In this document: one piece after another, positions 17,325 to 25,928 of the stretch
How positions within the stretch are numbered: the first letter of the stretch is position 1
How the letters are laid out: each line of letters begins with the position of its first letter
NCBI GenBank assembly: GCA_042408215.1
Contig: JAYFMW010000030.1
Span: 384,001-448,000, forward strand
Direction of reading: 5' to 3'
Source: Microcoleus sp.
GTDB lineage: Bacteria; Cyanobacteriota; Cyanobacteriia; Cyanobacteriales; Microcoleaceae
DNA: 64,000 bases
Notes under the pieces: model-generated
Seen by the model: the letters and a program-made list of their open reading frames with translations, nothing else
What the model was told of the DNA's origin: nothing
Database searches by the model: none
Made by a program: the position numbers and the translations under genes

Positions 17325-19013
17325 TTACTCTACCTCGGTGCTGACAATCCATCGCGGCCAGAAGCGATCGTGTTCTGGTAAAACTCGCAGGAGTTCCTGA
17401 TGAATTTGCTCTTTAGTTCTCAGGTATTCAGGAAAAGCATCTATGCTTTCTCCTCGCATGAAGGTATAGGCGGCATCAATCGCTATTTCTGCTTCGCGGG
17501 AACGAGCCTGTTTTAACCCAAAAATATCTGAAGTTAGCCACCCAACAGCATCGCCATGTTTTGTCCAAGGAACTTCATTAAGAGTTACATCTTTACCCTG
17601 TAATTCAAACAAAAATAACTTATCTTGTCCCTCATCAAATTGAGGCTCAATTGAGGCAAGTACCAGAGGAGAATGAGTTGTCGCTATTACTTGAATCGTT
17701 ATCTGTTTCTGGAGACTTCTAGCTACTTCTAAGATGGCGGGCAGAATAGATCGTTGCCACTGAGGATGCAAGTGAGCTTCAACCTCATCCATCAGCAAAA
17801 TCATGTGATCCACAGGTTCTTGCTGTCGCAGCTTAGATGCTAGCGTGTGTTCGTACCAAGCCCACACCAGCAAGTAAGCTAGTCCTAAAATACGTTTTAT
17901 TCCTGCTGATGCGTAGATGACGGGGACAGTGCCGTAAGGTAAATTAAGTGTAGGAATCTCACGCACATCCTCGACAGAAACCCTGGTTGGTTCTCCCGGT
18001 TCCATCCATTCATCAGCATGGGGAGAAAGTTGTCGAATGACGCGAGATAATAGTTGGAATTTAGAGCGATCGGGTTGACGTTGCCAATTCACCCAATCGT
18101 GAATTAAACCATTACATAGGACTTTATCACCTACTCTTAATCCATTCCAGAGACTATCGGTAGTAAAATGATAAGAACTTGACGGCTGGCGAGTTGAATC
18201 GAGCACTGAAAATCCATCAACACGGATATAAATAATCAAGCTTCTCAAGCTGGGAGACCTTCGCAGATTGAGCCATTTCTGATCGGAATAACTAAATAGA
18301 CTTCTATATTCCTCAGAGTCTTTTTGATTGCTCAAAAGAGATATAATTTCTGGTGTTTCTCCTTCTACTTGTTGGGGAAAAGCGGGATGATCAGACCAGT
18401 TTCCGGTTAGTACCCACCACGCAACATCCAACAGAAAGGTTTTTCCCAAACCATTATCTCCCGTAAATAAATTGATCCGTTCACCAAATTCGACATCGAA
18501 TTGCGGGGCTGAACCCACCCATTTGAGGTGAAGTTCTTTCAGCATTTTATGGTGAATATATCCATCAAACTCTAGGTAGTATTCAGAATCAGATAATTTA
18601 TACAGACGGATATAGTCCCTACCGTACTTCTGCAATGTCTCGCTAGTAACGGGTTCAAATTGTTTCAGAGCACCACTTTGTTCTAACTTACCTTTGATCC
18701 AGCGACCTAGAATTTTTAAGTCCTCCTTGGATCTAAGGTTTTTGTAATGATCGCCTTGAGTGCGACAGGTAAATTTTGAACCATCATCAGTATGGGCTGT
18801 AAAATCCCCCTGGGGATAAACAGGATTATTTGTTGTTTCTGTATCTACTATAATCTCAACTTCATACCAGTCTCTAGGGATCACCTTCCCCGTGGATTTA
18901 CTTTCTCTTCCTTTTCCGAAAAAAGCATTGAGATTGGATTTTTGCTGATCGTTAACCCTGGATAAAGATATATCCACATAGGGCGTTTCAGGAGTTATGG
19001 CTGGTATGGACAT
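17325..19013 (-). CDS. Fusion of an NgoAVII/NgoFVII-type B3-like DNA-binding domain (aa ~1-150) and an ABC/AAA_21 (PtuA-like) ATPase (aa 157-562)
   Basis: N-terminal KSNLNAFFGKGR..PRDWYEVEIIV..TDDG..F.C..QGD..KNLRS..DLKILGRWIKG.LE. ATPase motifs GDNGLGKT, ASAGIKR, LLMDEVEAHLHP, ATTHSP. Confidence 0.85.
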   Translation of the reverse strand: MSIPAITPETPYVDISLSRVNDQQKSNLNAFFGKGRESKSTGKVIPRDWYEVEIIVDTETTNNPVYPQGDFTAHTDDGSKFTCRTQGDHYKNLRSKEDLKILGRWIKGKLEQSGALKQFEPVTSETLQKYGRDYIRLYKLSDSEYYLEFDGYIHHKMLKELHLKWVGSAPQFDVEFGERINLFTGDNGLGKTFLLDVAWWVLTGNWSDHPAFPQQVEGETPEIISLLSNQKDSEEYRSLFSYSDQKWLNLRRSPSLRSLIIYIRVDGFSVLDSTRQPSSSYHFTTDSLWNGLRVGDKVLCNGLIHDWVNWQRQPDRSKFQLLSRVIRQLSPHADEWMEPGEPTRVSVEDVREIPTLNLPYGTVPVIYASAGIKRILGLAYLLVWAWYEHTLASKLRQQEPVDHMILLMDEVEAHLHPQWQRSILPAILEVARSLQKQITIQVIATTHSPLVLASIEPQFDEGQDKLFLFELQGKDVTLNEVPWTKHGDAVGWLTSDIFGLKQARSREAEIAIDAAYTFMRGESIDAFPEYLRTKEQIHQELLRVLPEHDRFWPRWIVSTEVE

Positions 19014-19030
19014 TAAGTTACCTCACTTCA

Positions 19031-20173
19031 CTAAAAAGTAAATGTTAACTGTAATTGCTGTTCAGAAGCCTCTAATTCTGCGTGTTCTAATCGTTCCTTA
19101 ATTGACATCATTTGCAACTTTTGATTTAACTTGTATAAATCTACTTTCGGATAATCCTCTTTAAATAGCGGAATCAGTGATTCAACAACGTCAACTATTC
19201 CATCTGGCGGAACTGCATTGCCAATTTGTCTTCTTACTTCAGTAATAGAACCTTCAAAAACAAAATCATCGGGAAAACTTTGCAACCTTGCTCTTTCCCT
19301 ATTTGTCAATGAACGCGGTTCAGGATAATGATATCCCCAAGTACCACCACCACCACCAGCAATAATTGTAGCACAGGGTTTATCTGGATGAATTCGCCGA
19401 TAAACGTGACTGATCATGCCTTTTACATAGTATGGACTATCCTTCGGAATATCAGTAAAATTCCCTCCCGGTTTAATCCGACTCAAAATTTCAATGGTTC
19501 GAGGCTGAATTTTTTGATGTTCCTGATTATGTTCGACTTTTTCCACATTTTTGAGTGCTTCACCTGCTGTTCGATAGGGATATTTGCGATTTTCACCGTA
19601 TTCTGGCTGAGGATGCACAAAGTTAAATCCCGTATCCATCCGAATGCCAACTAATAACACTCTTTGGCGAAATTGGGGAACTCCGTAATCAGCAAAGTTG
19701 TAGAGTTTAGGTTTGACTAGGTAGCCCGGAGCGATACTTTCAAAGTCGGAAATTATTTGTTTTATTGCTTGATAATTATTGGCACTTAATAAGCCTTTGA
19801 CATTTTCTGCTACAAAAGCTTTGGGCTTTTTCTTATTGACAAAATCGAGAAAGTATGTATATAAATTGCCTCTGGTTCCTTCGAGTCCGGGGCGTTTCCA
19901 AATCATAGAAAAATCTTGACAAGGGAAGCCTCCTATACATATTTCTGCTTCGGGAACTTGTGCAATGTCTATATTTTCTATGTTGTCGTTGACGATGACA
20001 TCAGCAATGTTTCTACTGAATGTTTGACAGGCGTATTTATTGGAGTCGATCGCCCAAACTACCTCAAATCCGGCTTTGTGGAATGGTAAGTCCATGCCGC
20101 CGCAACCGGAAAATAATGAGATCAGTTGGGGCTTTGTTTTCCAGGCGATGGGCTTGAGACGTTCGATTAACAT
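19031..20173 (-). CDS. C5-cytosine DNA methyltransferase, M.NgoAVII/M.CglI-like (predicted GCSGC)
   Basis: FSGCGG, GGFPCQDFS, ENVKG, YGVPQ.RQR, RQIGNAVPP. The target-recognition segment YVKGMISHVYRR...IIAGGGGGTWGYH matches M.NgoAVII as recalled. Confidence 0.93.
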   Translation of the reverse strand: MLIERLKPIAWKTKPQLISLFSGCGGMDLPFHKAGFEVVWAIDSNKYACQTFSRNIADVIVNDNIENIDIAQVPEAEICIGGFPCQDFSMIWKRPGLEGTRGNLYTYFLDFVNKKKPKAFVAENVKGLLSANNYQAIKQIISDFESIAPGYLVKPKLYNFADYGVPQFRQRVLLVGIRMDTGFNFVHPQPEYGENRKYPYRTAGEALKNVEKVEHNQEHQKIQPRTIEILSRIKPGGNFTDIPKDSPYYVKGMISHVYRRIHPDKPCATIIAGGGGGTWGYHYPEPRSLTNRERARLQSFPDDFVFEGSITEVRRQIGNAVPPDGIVDVVESLIPLFKEDYPKVDLYKLNQKLQMMSIKERLEHAELEASEQQLQLTFTF

Positions 20174-20380
20174 ATTAGTTCGCAGTAGGACAAGGGCTGG
20201 CTGAATGCCGGCACCACAAGATAGTAATTATACCAAAATATAGTCGAATTCGACTAATCAATTGATCTTTCATTCTTCATCGTCGGGCTAAAAACCCGGT
20301 TTCTACGTCAATATTTCTCGCAGGGATGCAAGATTGTGCTCAGAAACCGGGTTTTTTGCGTAAGTCCTGCAATTGATATT

Positions 20381-21151
20381 TCACTCTTCATCGTCTAACT
20401 CGATCGCCACTTGACGCAGTTTTTCGGCCAATTTTTCAGCGCGGAGGCGTTCGCGATCGCCCCGCTGACGTTCTTGTTCTGTTCGTTCCTCCGACCACAA
20501 CAATAACTCGCCTGCTGCATTCCACCACCTCAGCCAACAGCCTGTTCTCCCTTCGTGGGTTCCTTCCCAAATTCCTAAAAATAAGTCTAATCCCGGTATC
20601 CAATAACGTCCATTTTCATCGGGTTTTTGCAAGTTGTAACGCTCTGATTCTAAAGCATAAACTTCTAAATGAGCGGTAGTTGCCCGAAAAATGACGTATC
20701 TGGGGACTTTGATTACTTGCTCGTAAAAAAACCACTTTCCCACCCGCGAGGTAAACTCAACAGAGTATTCTTCTCCGTAGGTTTCTGACAGAAATTCCAT
20801 CAGGATTTGGGGGATGGTTCCTTCTGTGTGTGGCGTGTAACTGCGGCGGATTTGCGAGACATTTTTGGGATTGACGGGTTTCACGTACATCCAATCTGGT
20901 GCTTTGCAGATAATGCGCTGTTCGCCGCTGGTTGAACCTGGGAAACTTATGCCGGCACAAAGGGCAAAGTTGGAAACTATTAAGGCATTCTGCATTAATT
21001 CAGGAAATGCTGTTAGTGGCTGGCGCAAAGCTGCGGCTAATAATGGTTGGCTTTCGTCTTCCACGGGGTCGTCTGGTAGTTGGAAATCTTCTGGTAGTAG
21101 CGGCCAGGTGATTGTGAGTTTTGTTGCTGGGTTTTTAGTTGCTACAGACAT
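20381..21151 (-). CDS. Uma2-family (DUF820) endonuclease-like protein
   Basis: LPDDPV, KAPDWMYV, MEFLSET, GKWFFYEQ, WLRWWN, and an ERQR coiled tail. Confidence 0.88.
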   Translation of the reverse strand: MSVATKNPATKLTITWPLLPEDFQLPDDPVEDESQPLLAAALRQPLTAFPELMQNALIVSNFALCAGISFPGSTSGEQRIICKAPDWMYVKPVNPKNVSQIRRSYTPHTEGTIPQILMEFLSETYGEEYSVEFTSRVGKWFFYEQVIKVPRYVIFRATTAHLEVYALESERYNLQKPDENGRYWIPGLDLFLGIWEGTHEGRTGCWLRWWNAAGELLLWSEERTEQERQRGDRERLRAEKLAEKLRQVAIELDDEE

Positions 21152-21312
21152 AGTTGATCGGAGTTAGTGGTTTTAATGGTTAAATTATATCTCTTAGTTT
21201 TTGGGATTAATGTTAATGGCTTAATTGCGAGGCAGATCCTCTGGATATGCGTTACCTTGCAGAGCCTGGTAACGAGGGAAATGGCCGTTTCTTTTGTTTG
21301 TATCGAAGTCTA

Positions 21313-21570
21313 GATCCCCCCTAACCCCCCTTAATAAGGGGGGGACAAGAGTGCCGTCAAAGCCCTTCTCAATTAGGGGGAACAAGAGTGCTGTCAATCG
21401 ATTTTAGATTTTAGATTTTAGATTTTAGATTTACCCCACGTATAAATGCGGGGGCTTGAGGATTTTAGATTTGGGATTTTGGATTGATTCCACGGATAAA
21501 TCCGGGGGCTTGTACCACCTTTGAAATTATTGGTCAAAGTCCCCCTTATTAAGGGGGATTTAGGGGGATC
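21313..21570. repeat. MITE-like C/G palindromic element with nested (GATTTTA)n and small hairpins
   Basis: Inverted termini GATCCCCCCTAACCCCCCTTAATAAGGGG / CCCCCTTATTAAGGGGGATTTAGGGGGATC. Relatives at 27390-27427, 30634-30876 and 40816-40941. Confidence 0.8.
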
Positions 21571-21594
21571 GAGACTTGGCTACAAGCGATCGTT

Positions 21595-22869
21595 CTAAGG
21601 GTTTTGAATCTTCTGCTGTAGTTCGTCTGTCATTGCTAGCAGTTCTGATTGTCCGATCGCACTTTGTTCCCCACTCGCCAACCACTTCAATTGTACCGTC
21701 TCGTTTTCCGCTTCCGCATCTCCCAAAACTAAGCAAGCAACAGCACCACTGCGATCGGCTCTTTTAAACTGTTTCCCGAAAGCACTAGCGCTCAAATCTA
21801 TCTCTACACTAAACCCCGCAATTCGCAATTTTTGTGCTAACAATACCGATTGTTGTTCGGCTTTTTCGCCCCTGGATACCAAATAAAAATCTAACTTTGG
21901 TTTGGGCAAAGGTTGCAACTTTTGCAACAGGATAATCAACCTTTCTACACCCATTGCCCAACCGACTGCCGCCGTATCCGGGCCGCCCAATTCCTTTACT
22001 AAACCGTCGTAGCGGCCACCCCCGCAAACTGTGGCTTGGGCACCTAAATCGTCGGAGATAATTTCAAAAGCGGTGTAGGTATAGTAATCTAAACCGCGCA
22101 CTAATCGGGGATTTAACTGATAGCTAATTCCTAAGTTGGTGAGCATTTGCTGCACTCGATCGAAGTGCGATCGCGAGGCATCGCCCAAATATTCCAAAAT
22201 ACTCGGCGCACCTTTGACAATTTCCTGAGTGCGCTCATTTTTGCTATCCAAAATCCGCAGCGGATTGCGAGTCAAGCGGTCTTGGGAATCGGCATCTAAT
22301 TCGGATTTGTATGGTGTAAAATAATCGATTAATGCTTGTCGGTAATTTTGTCTGTCTTCCTTGTTTCCGACAGAGTTAATATCGAGGCGCAAATTTTTTA
22401 AACCAAGAGTTTGCAGGATATCGCAGGCGATCGCAATTACCTCCACATCCGCACGGGGATTCGCACTCCCCAAGACTTCCACACCAATTTGATTAAACTG
22501 TCGTTGTCTGCCTTCTTGGGTGCGTTCGTAGCGAAACATCGGCCCAGTATACCACAGACGCTGCACGTCACCAGCCGCGTACAAACTATTTTGAATAAAA
22601 GCTCGCACTACTCCGGCTGTTCCTTCTGGCCGCAAAGTAGTCGATCGATCGCCCTTATCTTTAAAAGTGTACATTTCTTTGCCCACAACATCGGTAGCTT
22701 CGCCGATGCCGCGTTCAAATAAGGATGTTTGTTCAAAAATAGGTGTCCGAATTTCTCGATAGGCCGCTTTTTTCAAAATTGTTCTAGCGACTTCTTCGAT
22801 ATTTTGCCAATATCGAATTTCATCGGGCAAAATATCCCGCGTTCCCGGTAAAGTTTTAATTGCACTCAT
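21595..22869 (-). CDS. hisS: Histidine--tRNA ligase
   Basis: GTRDILP, TPIFE, KEMYTF, LRPEGTA, GPMFRYER, LVRGLDYY, GGGRYDGL. Confidence 0.98.
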   Translation of the reverse strand: MSAIKTLPGTRDILPDEIRYWQNIEEVARTILKKAAYREIRTPIFEQTSLFERGIGEATDVVGKEMYTFKDKGDRSTTLRPEGTAGVVRAFIQNSLYAAGDVQRLWYTGPMFRYERTQEGRQRQFNQIGVEVLGSANPRADVEVIAIACDILQTLGLKNLRLDINSVGNKEDRQNYRQALIDYFTPYKSELDADSQDRLTRNPLRILDSKNERTQEIVKGAPSILEYLGDASRSHFDRVQQMLTNLGISYQLNPRLVRGLDYYTYTAFEIISDDLGAQATVCGGGRYDGLVKELGGPDTAAVGWAMGVERLIILLQKLQPLPKPKLDFYLVSRGEKAEQQSVLLAQKLRIAGFSVEIDLSASAFGKQFKRADRSGAVACLVLGDAEAENETVQLKWLASGEQSAIGQSELLAMTDELQQKIQNP

Positions 22870-22874
22870 TTTGT

Positions 22875-22950
22875 TAGTCAGTAGTCAGTAGTCATTGGTC
22901 ATTAGTCATTGGTCATTAGTAATTGGTCATTAGTTATTGGTCATTAGTCT
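22875..22950. repeat. Heptamer STRR array (TAGTCAT/TGGTCAT)n upstream of hisS
   Basis: Visible tandem heptamers. Confidence 0.85.
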
Positions 22951-23081
22951 TGTCCTTGGTAATTTCAGATTTGTCATTGGTATTGGGTTTTTAGCAACTA
23001 ACGTCTTAATTAAAAGCTAATAACTTTTGTATTTATTAGTTCTCAATCCTTAACTCTTACCTAATGACTAATGACTGCTGA

Positions 23082-23393
23082 CTAATGACTAATAACTAAT
23101 GATTCCCAAGATCCATATCGATCGCCATAATAAGCCAAAATGCGATCGACCCGTTGGCGATCGGCCAAATCGAACCCTTCAGGATACTGTATCCACAAAG
23201 CCCCAACTTGGCTGTCGCTGTAATCAAACCGCTGCGACTGCTGCGGAATTAAACCGGTTTCCACCCCTTCAACTTGACGCAAATGGGCCGCCACTTCGCG
23301 ATACACCGCCAGTGGCAATCCAGGGCATTGAATTTGATAGCGCAGTTGTTTTTCTTGTGCCGTTTGCATCATCTGTTTGTCTGTCCGCAACAT
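23082..23393 (-). CDS. Conserved cyanobacterial hypothetical protein
   Basis: LPLAVYREVAAHLRQVEGV...FDY..SQVG. Co-oriented immediately downstream of pedR. Confidence 0.75.
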   Translation of the reverse strand: MLRTDKQMMQTAQEKQLRYQIQCPGLPLAVYREVAAHLRQVEGVETGLIPQQSQRFDYSDSQVGALWIQYPEGFDLADRQRVDRILAYYGDRYGSWESLVISH

Positions 23394-23403
23394 TGGGCCC
23401 TAC

Positions 23404-23679
23404 TTAAGATACTTCTTTATCGATCGGTCTTGGTAGAGGGCAGCAGTTAATATTGTCTAAACATACCTTTCCCCACTGCAAAGCCCAGCGCACCAGTGCA
23501 ACTCGATTGTCAACCCGCGTCTTATTCAAGATATTACTAATGTGGTTGTCAACTGTACGCTTGCTAATCTCCAACTTTTCGGCTATTTTCTCATTGGTCA
23601 ATCCCGTCGCGACTAATTCTACCACTTGCAATTCTCTGTCTGACAAGGTGACAGGGGTCTGAGAAACGCTCCCACTCAT
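23404..23679 (-). CDS. pedR: Small LuxR-type redox-responsive regulator
   Basis: LSDRELQV...ISKRTVDNHISNIL...NRVALVRWALQWGKVC...NCC. Confidence 0.88.
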   Translation of the reverse strand: MSGSVSQTPVTLSDRELQVVELVATGLTNEKIAEKLEISKRTVDNHISNILNKTRVDNRVALVRWALQWGKVCLDNINCCPLPRPIDKEVS

Positions 23680-24201
23680 AAATTTTTCCTATGTGTGCAT
23701 ATTTACCTATCTACAATTCTAGAGGATGAAGGATGAACTATGAAGAGAAAATTAAATCTTTTTGTGCTATAGTTGCCTGCGTGAGGTTCTTCTGGTCGAT
23801 CGAGGATCGCGCCCTAAAGAGCGCACTCCCGACACAGGGTGCAAGTGCAGGCCCTTAATTCCTGTGCTCTGGGTGGCGGCTCAACTACAAACTCGATCGC
23901 CTAGTTAGGGCGCATTCCACCGAAGCCGCCCAGAAACCCCCCATCAACCAACTATTCGCCAATGCTTTGGAAGCCTCTGAGATACAGACCATTGTAGTTT
24001 GGGCCTTGAGCGTAACACCTGATTAACGGGAGTTTAAGAGATGTTTCGATAAATTGATCTAGTTAGGGCAACTACAGTAAGTCTGATATGATCGGAGTTG
24101 GCATTAAACAATATTTCGTAAATTTTCAAAGTAGGCGACGCATTTAGAGATAATTATTGACCAGTCTGCTGCTTGTCTAAAATCTCAAATCTAAAATCAA
24201 T

Positions 24202-25200
24202 ATGACTTATCCTCGCGTTCTCTGTTTGGGTGAAATTTTATTTGACTGTCTAGCGGCTCGATCGGGACTTTCCTTAGAAGAAGTAGAGTCTTGGACGGCC
24301 TATCCGGGCGGCGCCCCTGCAAATGTTGCCTGTGCCTTAGTTAAATTGGGTACTCCTGCGGGATTTATTGGTGCTGTAGGTGGGGATGAATTGGGCAATT
24401 CCCTAGTGCAGGTATTGCAAGAAATAGGGGTTGACACTACAGGAGTGCAGCGCCATCCGACAGCACCGACGCGGCAAGTTTATGTATTGCGAAATGAAGC
24501 GGGCGATCGCTCTTTTGCCGGTTTTGGCGAATTGAATACTGCGGAGTTTGCCGACAGTCACCTCCTCGCTGCCCAAATACCGGAGGTGCTGTTCGAGAAT
24601 GCTGAATTTCTAGTGTTAGGTACTTTAGAATTAGCTTATCCAGACAGTCGAGCGGCGATAGAAAAAGCGATTCAACTAGCAGAAATATACAACCTAAAAA
24701 TTATAGTTGACATCAATTGGCGACCCGCATTTTGGCAAAATCCAGAGTCAGCAAAACCGCAGATTAAAGAACTCTTAAAAAAAGTGGATTTTCTCAAGTT
24801 ATCTGAAGAAGAAGCCGAATGGTTATTTGAAACTACCGACGCAGGAGCTATTACCTACCGCCTCGATTCCACAGAAGGTGTTTTGGTAACTGGGGGCGAT
24901 AAAGGTTGCTCCTATTGTATCTCGGAAAATGAAGGAAAAATCCCCGCTTTCCTTGTAGATGTTGAGGATACAACTGGTGCTGGCGACGGTTTTGTGGCTG
25001 GTTTAGTCAGCCAGTTGTGCAAGGAAGGAATTCAGAGTTTAGCCGATCGAGAAATAGCTAAAAAAGTTGTAACTTATGCGAGTGCAGTAGGTGCGATGAC
25101 AGCGATGAAACCAGGGGCAATTACAGCCCAACCAACCGCCGCTGAAGTAGAAGCTTTCTTGTATTTATACAAAAATTATTCTCTAAATGGTTGCAGGTAG
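24202..25200 (+). CDS. PfkB-family carbohydrate kinase (fructokinase-like)
   Basis: PGGAPANVA, DINWRP, KLSEEE, DTTGAGDGF. Confidence 0.92.
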   Translation: MTYPRVLCLGEILFDCLAARSGLSLEEVESWTAYPGGAPANVACALVKLGTPAGFIGAVGGDELGNSLVQVLQEIGVDTTGVQRHPTAPTRQVYVLRNEAGDRSFAGFGELNTAEFADSHLLAAQIPEVLFENAEFLVLGTLELAYPDSRAAIEKAIQLAEIYNLKIIVDINWRPAFWQNPESAKPQIKELLKKVDFLKLSEEEAEWLFETTDAGAITYRLDSTEGVLVTGGDKGCSYCISENEGKIPAFLVDVEDTTGAGDGFVAGLVSQLCKEGIQSLADREIAKKVVTYASAVGAMTAMKPGAITAQPTAAEVEAFLYLYKNYSLNGCR

Positions 25201-25928
25201 GGAGACGAAAGAATGCTCTTGTCCCCCCCCTTCTTAAGGGGGAGTAGGGGGCAAGAATGCGGGGGGATCGAAACTTCGATAAAAACAAGAGAGACTTTTC
25301 CCTACAACAGTGTCAAAATATAAACAGCTAAGTAGATTTGAGCAAATTCTGAGGAAGCGACAGTGACCGAAAAAAATACCGCTAGGGAAACGAAAGAACA
25401 CTCTTGTCCCCCCCCTTCTTAAGGGGGAGTAGGGGGCAAGAATGCGGGGGGATCGAAACTTCGATAAAAACGAGAGAGACTTTTCCCTACAACAGTGTCA
25501 AAATATAAACAGCTAAGTAGATTTGAGCAAATTCTGAGGAAGCGACAGTGACCGAAAAAAATACCGCTAGGGAAACGAAAGAATGCTCTTGTCCCACCCC
25601 CTACTCACACCCTACTCCCTTCTTAAGGGGGATGCGAGGGGGATCGAAACTTCGATAAAAACGAGAGAGACTTTTCCCTACAACAGTGTCAAAATATAAA
25701 CAGCTAAGTAGATTTGAGCAAATTCTGAGGAAGCGACAGTGACCGAAAAAAATACCGCTAGGGAAACGAAAGAACACTCTTGTCCCCCCCTTCTTAAGGG
25801 GGGCTAGGGGGGATCGAAACTTCGATAAAAACGAGAGAGACTTTTCCCTACAACAGTGTCAAAATATAAACAGCTAAGTAGATTTGAGCAAATTCTGAGG
25901 AAGCGACAGTGACCGAAAAAAATACCGC
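25198..25928 (+). repeat. Four tandem ~170-191 bp units, each containing the leader and first codons of the downstream gene
   Basis: Units start at about 25198, 25383, 25568 and 25759 and all end ...GAGGAAGCGACAGTGACCGAAAAAAATACCGC. Confidence 0.92.

Noticed and set aside
16747..19013. Retron system with ATPase-HNH effector
   Set aside because: No reverse transcriptase (YADD) or msr-msd region nearby; the upstream gene is a C5 MTase.
23700..24200. Possible ncRNA in the 500-bp pedR-pfkB spacer
   Set aside because: Only weak pairing and no recognisable family or ORF.
25198..25928. CRISPR-like array
   Set aside because: The constant part is ~120 bp and the variable parts are variants of one hairpin, not unique spacers. 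No cas genes are present.
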